From Callorhinchus milii (taxonomy: Eukaryota), in the NCBI RefSeq assembly GCF_018977255.1, contig NW_024704743.1, forward strand, positions 45,510,001 to 45,574,000: a DNA stretch of 64,000 nt, written 5' to 3'. The number at the start of each line of letters is the position of its first letter. Positions within the stretch are counted from its first letter, which is position 1. Position numbers and translations under genes: made by a program. Positions 46,651 to 58,339 of the stretch are shown here, in pieces. The notes beneath the pieces are model-generated. The model was not told where the DNA came from, did no database searches, and saw only the letters and a list, made by a program, of their open reading frames with translations.

Positions 46651-47032
46651 TGTAAAGCCACTACAAACACCATTCCTGTAAAAATATGAATCAGTTCAAA
46701 TCTAAACATAAATCAATTGCATTTTCATTTTCATCAAGGCAGGATCTTTTCAAATAAGTGCTTTACCTAGCTGAAAAAATATCACTCGCAGCTCTCCCAA
46801 TATTAATGACCCATGCTGGAGTATAATTCCACATAATCTTTCTGTATTTCACTTATGTTGTTACTATTCATGTTTAAGCCTAGAGAATGAGTGTTCATTC
46901 TTGCATTTGGGATATTATAGCTGAGTCCAATCTCATTCTCACTACATGTCTACATATGGCACTTTCCAGAGTGAACGCACAGTGACTGAAAGTGGAACTG
47001 TGGTTCATTTTATCCCTACCTTCTGAACCGAT

Positions 47033-47338
47033 TATAATAATAATCCTTGCATTTGATATGATGCTTTTCACATCTTCCAGACATCTCAAAGCGCTTCACA
47101 GAATATACTGTAAAGTGAATTGACTGTATATTTGTGGGAGAAACACAGCAGCCAAACTGCGTACAGCAGTGACCCACAAACAGTCATGGATTGAGTGACT
47201 AAATTATTATTGTTTTTTTCTTGAGAGATTATTATTAGGCGCGTGGAGTAAGGAAACTGGCCCAAGGTTTCACCCTGCCGGGAATCGAACCCTGGTCTCC
47301 AACTTGCAAGGCGAGTGTTACGACCACTGAGCTACAGG
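47033..47338 (-). mobile_element. SINE, near full length
   Basis: Head and tail match the family. Confidence 0.85.
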
Positions 47339-47352
47339 TTGAGATGGATCAT

Positions 47353-48471
47353 AATGATTATTGATTTAACGCAAATAGTTGTGGTAAACAGCGTAGAGCT
47401 GAGAAAGCATTGTGTGAAAAGCTGTGTTTTGGTAGCTAGCTAATTATCAACAATAATTAATCTGATGGTTTTGGATTATTAAATTATTAACAATAATTTT
47501 ATACTTATTGCATAGTGTTATATGATAAACGTATCTTATTCTGAACAGAAACATATGAAAGTTGTGCTTAAATTGATCATTGTGGTGGATTATGTGAATC
47601 GTGTCAGACCAATTGGCACAGTTACCTTGTTTGTTTCAGACAATATGTAATGTGGCCTGTTGCTGGCTCCAATTTCTTCACTAACCACAGGTAACTTTCC
47701 AAGATAAACCTTTGAAAGATTCCTCCCGCCTTCCTAAGTATGTATACAAAATACTAGGATAACAATTGAACATTACAATGTACATTATCAACTCCAATCA
47801 ACCATATTCCACTGGTACATTATAATCAATACAGATTGACTATAATGCCCAATCACCACCTCGGCCGAGATCAGCAAACTCATCAAAAACTAGGGATTAA
47901 AGCTGTACCTAATCCATTTGGCTCAATATCACCTTGTAGAGTGCATTACTCATTAGGGTGCTTCAGGATAGTTTTATAACCGATATAAATATTAACTATA
48001 TTTATATTAACTATATATATATATATGTTTACTTGGTTAATATATATATAAAGCAGAGTTCAATCCATAACATTTTTAATACAATATTCATAATGAACTG
48101 CTAAAAAAGCTAAGGTTCAAGGCATTCTAACACACTTCAATATAGACTCAAATGACCTCTTCCTAAAGAATCTCTTCCACGATATTTCTCATCCAAAGTA
48201 CTATTCTTAAAACAGTTTTACTTTTGAACTGCTTCATTTTAATAAAAAAAAATACTGGTTACAGTTAAATAAGTTAATTCATAATTCTTTATTAAACCTA
48301 AACTACAATAAAAAAGCAGTTTAATAACATGGTGTAAATAATTTAACAATCCAAAACCATCAGATTCATTATTGTTGATAATTAGCTAGCTACCGAAACA
48401 CAGCTTTTCACACAATACTTTCTTAGTTCTATGCTGTTTACCATAACTATTTGCGTTAAATCAATAATCAT
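47353..48471. repeat. ~135-bp inverted duplication (47353-47488 and 48337-48471)
   Basis: Direct reverse-complement comparison. Confidence 0.92.
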
Positions 48472-49275
48472 AATGACCCATCTCAAGACCCTCCTCTTCA
48501 ACCGTGCTTTCGATGACTCTGCATCCCCCCAGACCTACACCCTCCCCGATCCCAACCCCCAGCTTGGCTTCGAAACACTGACTGTCCAATGCCATGGAAC
48601 GTCTTCTGACATGAAAGGCACTATACAAATGTAATTTTATTGTTGTTGTTGTCATTATGATAAGTTAACTAAATAAGCATAATACAAAATCTATTTTACA
48701 GACATTTTTTGAAATATTAAGAGTATATTTTGTTTACTAATAACATTTTATTTAATCTTACCTAAAGAAAAAAGATCTTAAATTCACTTTGCTTACACAG
48801 ATCAGCCTTTGTGCCAGCCTCATAATGTTTCTGTTATATTCAGTAAGGCTGGGTTTAATAACAAGGTGTAAATAATTTAACAATCTAGAAGAATTAATTA
48901 TTTATATACAACCTACCATATTGATCAATTTAGTTACTACTATATATTATAAATTATGCTTATTACATTGTGTTATATGATGAATGTATCTTATTCTGAA
49001 CAGAAACATATGAAAGTTGTGTTTAAATTGATCATTGTGGTGGGTTATGTGAATCGTGTCAGACCAATTGGCGCAGTTACCTTGTTTGTTTCAGACAATA
49101 TGTAATGTGGCCTGTTGCTGGCTCCAATTTCTTCACTAACCACAGGTAAATTTCCAAGATAAACCTTTGAAAGATTCCTCCCGCCTTCCTAAGTATGTAT
49201 ACAAAATACTAGGTTAACAATTGAACATTACAATATACGTTATCCAACTCTAATCAACCATATTCCACAGGTACA
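47501..49275 (+). repeat. ~320-bp direct duplication (47501-47819 and 48956-49275)
   Basis: Direct comparison: about 15 differences. Confidence 0.95.
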
Positions 49276-49444
49276 GTAAACTCCTCATAACTTGACCCTG
49301 GCCAAAAAGTCGCTACCGTAAAAGCTGTCAATATCCCAGCTGTATTTATTGATGTATTTATAAATATCCCTAACTTTCCACTCCTCAAACTCGTCACTCC
49401 TGATAACTTTTCCCTTGGAGTGCCGAGCTATCAGGTGTTTACTG
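49274..49444. mobile_element. Tc1/pogo-type MITE
   Basis: TA|CAGTAAACTCCTCATAACTTG versus reverse complement CAGTAAACACCTGATAGCTCG. Confidence 0.65.
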
Positions 49445-50029
49445 TTAAACTCTAGAAGACGTGAAATGCAAGGATTATTATTATTATTATATCTGTATTT
49501 CCATGCCCTTGTAGAACTGAAATCCTCATGATCCAGGCAATATTTTATTATTGATGTCTATATGTATTCTCATAACCTTCGATTTGTTCAACAACATATT
49601 TATTTAACTTCCTTTTCAATAAATAAACACACCTTGCCTTATTTTTTATTCTAAGTGCTCCAAGATGCTATCCTGCGTGATGGGCGCTATATAAGTACAA
49701 GTTGTTGTTGTTGGAGTTTATTGCACGAACGGGTATTTACCTCTCTGAATATAAATTAACGTAATCTGATTAAATTAACACTCACGGTCTCCATTATGGA
49801 ACCATACAAATTTTAAGCACCATGTTTTTTTTCTGCTACCTGTGTTTTTTCAGTTGATCTTTTCATTAATCTTACTTTTCTGCTCTTGTCCCATTTCTTT
49901 TAATTAGTTATTTTCTATTCCCTCTATTTCTATAATCCCAGTTGAATATTACCAGTTGTTCTCACAATTTAAAAGACCACGCTGCATAAAGTTCTAAATG
50001 TAAATTGATGGGTTATTCTTTACACTTGA

Positions 50030-51447
50030 TCCCAGTATGTGTTGAGGAGTAAGTGTCAGTGTGTGTTGAGGAGCCAGTGTCAGTGTGTGTGTTCAGGAAC
50101 TGTTTCAATGTGTATTCAGGAGCCAGTTTCAGTGACAGTGTGTGTTGAGGAGCCAGTTTCAGTGTGTGTTGAGGATCCAGTATCGGTGTGTGTTGAGGAG
50201 CCAGTGTTAGTGTTTGTTGAGGCGGCGGTGTCAGTGTCAGTGTGTATAAAGGAGACAGTGCTGGTGTGTATCAGTGTGTGTTAAGGAGCCAACACACTCA
50301 ACACACACAACAGTGTCAGTGTGTTGGTGTATTTCAGTGTCAGTATGTTGGTGTGTGTCAGTGTAGAGGAGCCAGTATGTGTGTTGGTGTGTGTCAGTGT
50401 CAGTGTCCAGTGTGTGTGTGTTGGTGTCAGTGTAGATGAGCTAGTGTGTGTGTTGGTGTGTGTGTTGGTGTGTGTGTTGTCATCAATGTAGAGGAGTCAG
50501 TGTGTGTCTTGCTGTCAGTGTAGAGGAGCCAGTGTGTGTGTTGGTGTGTGTGTTGGTGTTAGTGTAGTGGAGCCAGCGTGTGTGTTGGTGTGTGTGTTGT
50601 CATCAGTGTAGAGGAGTCAGTGTGTGTGTTGGTGTGTGTGTTGTCATCAGTGTAGAGGAGTCAGTGTGTGTGTTGGTGTGTGTGTTGGTGTCAGTGTAGA
50701 GGAGTCAGTGTGTGTGTTGGTGTCAGTGTAGAGGAGTCAGTGTGTGTGTTGGTGTTAGTGTAGAGGAGTCAGTGTGTGTGTTGGTGTTAGTGTAGAGGAG
50801 TCAGTGTGTGTGTTGGTGTCAGTGTAGAGGAGTCAGTGTGTGTGTTGGTGTCAGTGTAGAGGAGTCAGTGTGTGTGTTGGTGTCAGTGTAGAGGAGTCAG
50901 TGTGTGTGTTGGTGTCAGTGTAGAGGAGTCAGTGTGTGTGTTGGTGTCAGTGTGGAGGAGTCAGTGTGTGTGTTGGTGTGTGTGTTGTCATCAGTGTAGA
51001 GGAGTCAGTGTGTGTGTTGGTGTCAGTGTAGAGGAGTCAGTGTGTGTGTTGGTGTCAGTGTAGAGGAGTCAGTGTGTGTGTTGGTGTGTGTGTTGTCATC
51101 AGTGTAGAGGAGTCAGTGTGTGTGTTGGTGTGTGTGTTGGTGTCAGTGTAGAGGAGTCAGTGTGTGTGTTGGTGTCAGTGTAGAGGAGTCAGTGTGTGTG
51201 TTGGTGTTAGTGTAGAGGAGTCACTGTGTGTGTTGGTGTTAGTGTAGAGGAGTCACTGTGTGTGTTGGTGTCAGTGTAGAGGAGTCAGTGTGTGTGTTGG
51301 TGGCGGTGTGTGTGTCGGTGTGTGTTGGTGTGTGTGTTGGTGGCGGCGATGTGTGTGTTGGTGTGTGTGTCGGTGTGTGTGTTGGTGGCGGCGGTGTGTG
51401 TGTCGGTGTGTGTGTTGGTGGTGTCGGTGTGTGTGTCGGTGTGTGTC
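50030..51447 (+). repeat. GT-rich minisatellite, 32-bp core (cagtgtagaggagtcagtgtgtgtgttggtgt)
   Basis: Directly visible tandem array with variant units. Confidence 0.95.
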
Positions 51448-51542
51448 AGGGCCGCTCTCCCCACTCACCGCCTCCATGCTATCCCCGGTCCGGTGTGCCA
51501 CACGCCCCTCACGCTCCCCGGCTTGCACCAATCACAGAGCCG

Positions 51543-51557
51543 CTTGCTGAGGGCAAC
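51543..51557 (-). promoter_or_regulatory. Second X-box-like site (GTTGCCCTCAGCAAG)
   Basis: GTTGCC half-site plus degenerate AGCAAG, lying between the two CCAAT boxes. Confidence 0.55.
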
Positions 51558-51634
51558 GGTTCACAGCGGCCAATGGCCGGAGACGGTGCGGCGCGGTGCC
51601 CGGCACCATGGAGAGAAGTGACGCCGCGGTTTCG

Positions 51635-51648
51635 GTTACCATAGAAAC
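51635..51648. promoter_or_regulatory. RFX X-box (GTTACCATAGAAAC)
   Basis: Close fit to the palindromic X-box consensus GTTNCC-AT-RGNAAC typical of ciliary genes. Confidence 0.8.
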
Positions 51649-52129
51649 CAGAGACACAGCGAAGGGACAGAGAGACGGGAAGTTAGTAACATGTCCGTAT
51701 ATTTATATATATATAGAGAGAGAGAGAGACAGAGTGACAGAGAGAAAGTGAGGTTTGTTTCTGACACATGCGATCACCCGTCACCGTGTCTCAGAACATC
51801 CCCACCACAGTTCCATGTCCCGCAGCCTCACGGGGAGATTCCCATTGCACTGGAGTGTAACACCCCCCCCCCCCTGCAGGGAGGCAGCCTGGCGAGCAGC
51901 CGAGCCCAGGAGCCAAGGCCGGGGGGGGGGACCCCAGCGTGTGCGTGGGGACACTGCTGGATTCCCACGCGGCTAAAAACCGCAGGGTCTGCCGTTGAGA
52001 GCGCCGTCTGGCAAAAGCTTTCCCGCTGCTTGTCCAGCGAGGTCCACCCTCCCCGTCGGGGCCTCTGACTCGCAGGGGGTTAATGGGAGCTGAGTGGAAT
52101 ATTCCAGTGTCTGGAATTCCCTGCAAGCT

Positions 52130-54716
52130 TCCCGGTGGGCAAGGCAGCTCATTGCTAAACATGTGAAAGCATTACCACTACACTACAAAATGTCCGCTCC
52201 CTTTTTCCTTGTTTATTGCCCCCCACCACCACCACCACCAAATCCTCCCTCACCTTCCTCTCTGACATCTGCATCCTCCCGGCTTCCCTTTGCCTCTGCT
52301 CCGAACACCTCCTCATCCTTGGTTACTTCAACCTGCATGTCATCTCATAGGGCTCTATCTCCACTGACCTCCCTCGCTACTCTCACAATCTCTCCCTCCC
52401 CATCCACTACTACCACCCATGTCCGTGGCCAACTGGGGCCTCGGCATCTCGGACCTCACCATCACCGACACAGCCATCTCAGACCACCACTTGATTTCTC
52501 TTAACTCCTCAATCCCTCTCCCCACCACCACCCAACCCACCTCCGTCTCCTACTGCCCCTGGAAAAAAATCTCCCACCCCTCCCTCTCTGCTGCCCTGGA
52601 GTCATTTGAAAACCTCCCCCTCTGGGCTTCCTCCCGCATTGACTTACCCTCCTCGGTCACTCCACAACTCCCTCTCTGCCACTCTTGATCCCATTACCCA
52701 CCTCACCTTCCCAAACTGCCTCCTACTCACACAAGTCACCCAGGTTCACCAGCCACCTCCGCTCCCTGAAGGCACAGGTACGTACCATCAAACTCAAATC
52801 TAATTTAATGGTCCATCAGCAGAACTCACTGGGACCACATCAAAATTTACCGCTCCACACTCGCCTCTGATAAATCATCTTTCTACTCCCAAGATAATCT
52901 TGGCAGCCAAGGACAACCCTTGTCTCCTCTTCACCACCAAATGGTTCCTGCGCCCACCTTCTAACGCCTCACCCATCCTCTCCTCCAACTCCAACTGCGA
53001 AGATATGCTGGAATTCCTCGAGATCAAAATCGAGGGGATCCGCTCAGCGGCCTCTGCCCTCCCAACTGCTAACCCCTCCCCATCTCCCCCTCCGGCCCCT
53101 ACCCATCCCTCCCTCCACACCTTTGAACCTGTCTCCCCCTCCTCTCTTACCACCATTATAACTCACAAAACCCACCACCTGCTCCCTCAACCCCATTTCT
53201 ACCCCTCCTTTCATCCCAGCTCCACCTCCTTGCCCCTCCTCACAGACCTCATCAACCTCCCTGTCCACTGGCACAGTTCCCACCCTCTTAAAAACAGCCG
53301 TCATCACCCCTGTCCTCAAAAACCCTTCCCTGGACCCATCCCTGGTTTCAAATTACTGCCCCATCGCCAACCTCCCTTTCCAAGGTCCTTGAATGAGTTG
53401 TTGCTTTCCAGCTTTGCTCCTTCCTCTCCTGCAACTCCCTATTTGAACCCCTCCAATCGGGTTTGAGTGCTGCTCACAGCACAGAAACAGCCCTGTCAAA
53501 GCGACAAATAACATTCTGTCCATCTGTGACCAGGACTCCCTCTGTCTCCTCGTTCCCCTTGATTTCTCCACTGCCTTTGATACCGTTGGCCACTCTATCC
53601 TCCACCATCGTCTCTCCTCTCACATCAACCTTCATGGTTCAGATCCTACCTCTCAAACCATCTCCACTTTGTCTCCACAACTGGCTTCTCCTCCAGGTCC
53701 TGCAACATCTTGTGTGGCATTCCTCAGTGCTCTGTCTTTGGTCCTCTCCTCTTCAACTTGTACATGCTCCATCATCCGCAGAAGGTCAACTTCCACTTGT
53801 ATGACACCCAACTCTTTCTCTCTGCCTCCACCCTCGACTCAAAGACCACTGCTGTCCTGACTGAATGTCTGTCAGACATCAAGTCCTGGATGAGACCTAA
53901 CTTTCTACAGTTGAACGTCAACAAGACTGAGGCTCTCCTGTTTGCCTCCACACCTCAGGCACTGACAGCATCACCATCCATGGTTGCACACTCCACTTTG
54001 CTAAGTCAGTCTAGAACCTTAGGGTCTTGTTTGACCCTCAACTGTCGTTTCTTCCCACATCTGTGCCATGTCCCGCTCTGCTTTCCTCCATCTCCACAGC
54101 ATCGCCTGGCTCTGTCACTGCCTCACCCCTCAGGCCGCATAAACCCTCATTCATGCGTTCATCACTTCTAGCCTCGACTACTCGCTGCTTGTCGGCCTTC
54201 CCAACTCTTCCCTCCACAAGTTGCAGATCTTCCAGAACTCTGCAGCTCGTGTTCTCTCCTGCACCAGGCTCCGTGACCCCTTCACCCCCACCCGGCTCCA
54301 CCGGCTCACCATCCCTCAGAAGATATAGTTCAAAATCCTCATCCTTACCTTCAAGGCTCTCCATGGCCTTGCCCCTTCCTACCTCTGTGACCTGTTAACC
54401 CCTTATCAACCTGTCCGCTCCATCCACTCAGCAGGATTCGGCCTGCTCCACATCCCACGCCCAGCCCCTCCTATCGGTGATTGGACCTTTAGCCTCTCTG
54501 CCCACACCTTTGGAACTCCATCCCACATTCCCTTCGCCTCGCTCCCTCCCTTGCCTCCTTCAAAGCACGTCTCAACATCTCTCACCTTAGACTAGACATG
54601 CCTTCAGCCACCCTCCTACCTTTCCCTGCCCTCCACCTTCCCTGATCCACACCTCCCCCACCCCCTCTTCCCCTTCTCGGGTCCAAATCCCTGACTGTCC
54701 AGGGCCTTGGGACGTG
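52130..54716 (+). mobile_element. Long degenerate L2 LINE (endonuclease, RT and 3' UTR)
   Basis: ISDHHLI, AHSTETAL, GIPQCSVFGPLLF, NFLQLNVNKTE; many frameshifts. Confidence 0.9.
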
Positions 54717-54909
54717 CATCTTCCAGTACACAGCTTGGACACATTCCTATCCATTAATCAATCGTTCGAGTAGAGGTGTGGAGTTTGAGCTTCTGCTGGT
54801 TACTGCTCAGTGAGAGAGGATGGGGAAGAAGAGGTACAGAGAGTGATATACAGTAAGAGATGAGAGAAAGAAATACAGAGAGTTAGAGATAATAAGAGAA
54901 GAATTTGAT

Positions 54910-56400
54910 ACAACAACTACTACCTGCAATCATATAGTGCCATTCACGAAGGGTAATGCTTAACAGTGAGGGATGTGACTGGTGTGAGGGGTGAAAGTGA
55001 GTGCACAGGTGGTGGAATTTTGTAGCAGTTGGATTTTGTAGATATTGGAGCTGGGAAGAAGGGCGTTTAAATAGTTAAAGCAGGAGGTAACAAAAACATG
55101 GACGAGGGTTTTGGCTGCGTTGGGAGTGAGATACCGTCAGAGGCAATGTGACTGAGGTGGAGCAATGCGGTCTTGGATAGGGACCAGGTGTGGGGTAGGA
55201 AAGACAGCTGGGGATCAAACCCGAGGCCTAGGTTACATACAGGTTCAGTACATTTTAGAGATAGACCGGGGAGGTTGAGGAGGTCAGAGTCACAGGAGAG
55301 AAGACTTTGATGGGATGCAAGGAGAACGGCTTCCGTCTTGTTGACATTCAACTGCAGGAAGTTTGCGTTCATTCATGTAAATGAGGAAACAAAGGGGGCC
55401 AAGGATGGAGCCTTGGGGTACACTGCAGGTGACCATTTGCGGAGACAAAGTTATAGTGGTTGGTTAAATAGGGCTCGAACAAGGAGAGTACGTCCCACTA
55501 AGGTGGATAAGGGAGGAGAGGCGGTGGAGGATGGCATGATCGACTGTGTTGAATGCAGCGGAGAGATCCAGGAGGACAAAGAGGCAAAGGGATCCCTAGC
55601 CACGGAGAGAGAGGACTACATTTGTGACTTTGACGAGAACTGTCTCTGTGGGCAGGGCTGGAGGGGCTCAATTCAGGAGTAGAAGGGGAGGTATGAGTAA
55701 AGTTGATGTGCAACAAATGTTGTGGAGTCCTGTAGCTCAGTGGTTAGAGCACTCGCTTTGCAAGTGAGAGACCTGAGTTCAATTCCAGGCAGAGGGCGAA
55801 ACCTTGGGCAAGTTTCCTTACTCCACACGCCTAATGATAATCCCTCCAAAAACAATAATAAAAAATTGGTCATTTTCAATCTACAACTGTTTGTGGGACA
55901 TTGCTGTGCGCAATTGGCTGTCGCGTTCACCCACAAATATACAGTCAATTCACTTTACAGTATATTCTGTGAAGCGCTTTGGGACGTCCTCCCGACGTGA
56001 AAAGCGCTATATCAAATGCAAGGATTATTATTATTATTATTATTAATGTGTTCAGCAAGGGAAGGCAAGTTACAAATACTCAGCAAGGTTCAAGGGATCG
56101 AGAGTGGATTTTTTGAGGAGGGGAAAGATGACAGCAGTTTTGAGGGGGAATGGGATGGCACTTGAGGAGAGGGAGTGATTGCTGTGGGGGGCAGAGGAGG
56201 GAGAGTTGAGTGACCAGCAGCTCGGTGGGGAGGGGAATCAAGGCAGCGGGTGGTGTACTTCGTGTGGGTGATGCTGGTTGAGAGGAAACAATGTGGTCAA
56301 AGGAGTGTAAGGTGGGGGAAGTGTTGGAGCCGTGGTGGAAGGAGTCGGTGATGTAGAAGACATGGTGGGCGTAGGGTGGGGGAGGTGCTCGCAGACACGG
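54910..56400 (-). mobile_element. Degenerate L2 fragments interrupted by a SINE
   Basis: MNANFLQLNVNKTEAVLL; RT motifs. Confidence 0.8.
55722..56045 (+). mobile_element. SINE, young subfamily, full length
   Basis: A box TAGCTCAGTGG, B box GAGTTCAATTCC, L2-type tail, (TTA)n. Confidence 0.92.
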
Positions 56401-58339
56401 GGGAGAAAGAGGAGGCAGGATTATTTACATTGATGATAGAACGTGAACCCTGAAACCCTCACACAGCTTTTAGTTAATCATGCATCATTTTGGGAAAAGG
56501 AACAGCCTATGACTTCTTGAACTAGTATTAAAACAATCTAGATATAAATGTTGTAAAAAGTGCTTGAGAATTACATTTACATTGAATCTCAGCTCCCAAG
56601 CATATGGTAAGGCACAGAGCCAGTTCAGCAAGATGCAATATTTGCTGCAAATCCTGTCCTAAGGAATTTGTTATAATTCCAGAGTATGCGAGAGGCTACA
56701 CAAAGGGAAATTCATTAGATCTCTTTGACTTGTGGTTTTCACAAGCGCCTTGCAGTATTGCACTGTTACTTCTAAAAATATTCTGTGTGTGAATGTGACA
56801 AGGTCACTGTGCAGAATTCAGACTCAGTTTTCTCTTATAGCATTCAGTGCAGTTGCTTTTGAAGGATGAGGCTTTCTTTGATGTAACCTGCATCAATTCA
56901 TCTTTTGAATAAGGCAGGTTTATTTTTAAACCTTACATCTCTAAACTGAAATAGAATTTATCTTTAGGAGATTGCTATTTTTGGTATGGCGATAATTAAT
57001 TTTACAGACAAATTTAACAGCTAACGAATTGTAGCTCTGAAGTCCCTTCAGAGAATATAATCTGTCATGTGTATGGATTGACTTCAAAGTCCTAACCCTA
57101 ATCTAAAAATCCCCTCACACCTATCTCTGTAATCTTCTACATTACTCACCCCCTCCACTAGGCTAATATGTGCCTCCTGTGTGCCCCACACCCCACCACC
57201 ATCCCCTTCACCCTACCATTGGTGGCCAAACCTTCACCAATACACCTATGGCACTTGAGCACCTATGAACACTTATCGCTATTCGCCACGCTATATCTTT
57301 TCACCACGCCTATGGTCATGGATTTAGTAAACAAATTATTATAATTTTTTTATATTTTTAAAAAAGGATTTTTTTGCTATATTGAAGGGATGGGATTAGG
57401 GTAGCTTTCACTCTGGGCCTGAACAGCTCTGATCCTAGCCTGGACAGGACTGAAAGAGAGGGGATGGTGGGGAACGGTTCAACAATTGGCCTCAATGTTG
57501 AGGTTGCTGGGAGGAGGGGATAAAAAAAGGGGGGAAAGCCAACTACAACTCAAAAAGCATGTTTTGAGTGCTGTACAGTTTTGATGATAGCGTGTTCTGC
57601 AGACGACTGTTGTCAAAGATGCAAGTAGTAGTAATAATAATAATTCTTGCATTTGATGCAGCGCATTATCAAAATAACAACTTGCATTTACATAACGCTC
57701 TTCACGCGGGGTAGCGCCCCACAGCACTTCAAGACATTTCTTTGAGACATCTCAAAGCGCTTCACAGAATATACTGTAAAATGAATTGACTGTGGAATTG
57801 AGAAAGTTAAAACAGCGCTCAATATATTTCATTTTAATAGCATTAGTGTTTTTTTTAAAAAATCTATAGCATTTCTAGAAACCCTTATGCACATGATTTA
57901 TGGTGAAGTTTCAGAAGGACTGACAGCTATGAATCTAGATCTGTTGTTCCCCCCCTGCCCCCCCCCACCCTCCATTTGTATTGTACAAATAGAAACTTTC
58001 ACAACTTGGCAAAGATTATACGTTATATTTCTCGTCTTAACTAAATATCATTACAAATATTCTAAATAAAGTGGTCATTTTAGGTTGGCTGCTGGAGTTT
58101 GGTTCAAATTTGGCTGGATTTCTGCTGCCAATCCCAAAACAAATTATATTGTTTATCAGAATTCTTTATTTTGCTGTTATTCATTGGTCAGTAGTAGTGT
58201 GAACCACAAAGCAGGTCAAATTGTGGATTTAGACTTTTTAGGCGTGTATTACTTGAATAGAAAATAGGAACAGAAGTTGGACTTGCTCAACATTTTTGGT
58301 AAGTGCTTTTGATACAACTGTAACGACTTTCAAGTCAGG

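Larger units (their letters stand above)
51445..52080 (-). promoter_or_regulatory. NEK10: CpG-rich promoter region and probable non-coding exon 1 of NEK10 (donor GCG|gtgagt, exon ends at 51469)
   Basis: The clearest CpG-dense non-repeat segment in the window; CCAAT boxes at 51528-51532 and 51570-51574; X-boxes; strong minus-strand donor. TSS not determinable. Confidence 0.75.

Noticed and set aside
48755..48780. tcttttttctttag|gtaaga recursive-splice-like motif on the minus strand
   Set aside because: Recursive splicing is typical of very long introns; this intron is under 5 kb and nothing else supports it.
49840..49895. Minus-strand peptide WDKSRKVRLMKRSTEKTQ resembling the NEK10 N-terminus
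   Set aside because: Weak donor and wrong phase for coding exon 2; the exon at 46577-46675 fits better in sequence and phase.
50030..51447. Regular array and Cys/Val-rich ORFs (CRISPR-like or coding repeat)
   Set aside because: No unique spacers or cas genes, eukaryotic context; the ORFs are by-products of GT repeats.
55722..55795. tRNA-Ala-like sequence (also at 2021, 20520, 38573, 38980, 40058)
   Set aside because: SINE heads: no proper acceptor stem, and each runs into the SINE body.
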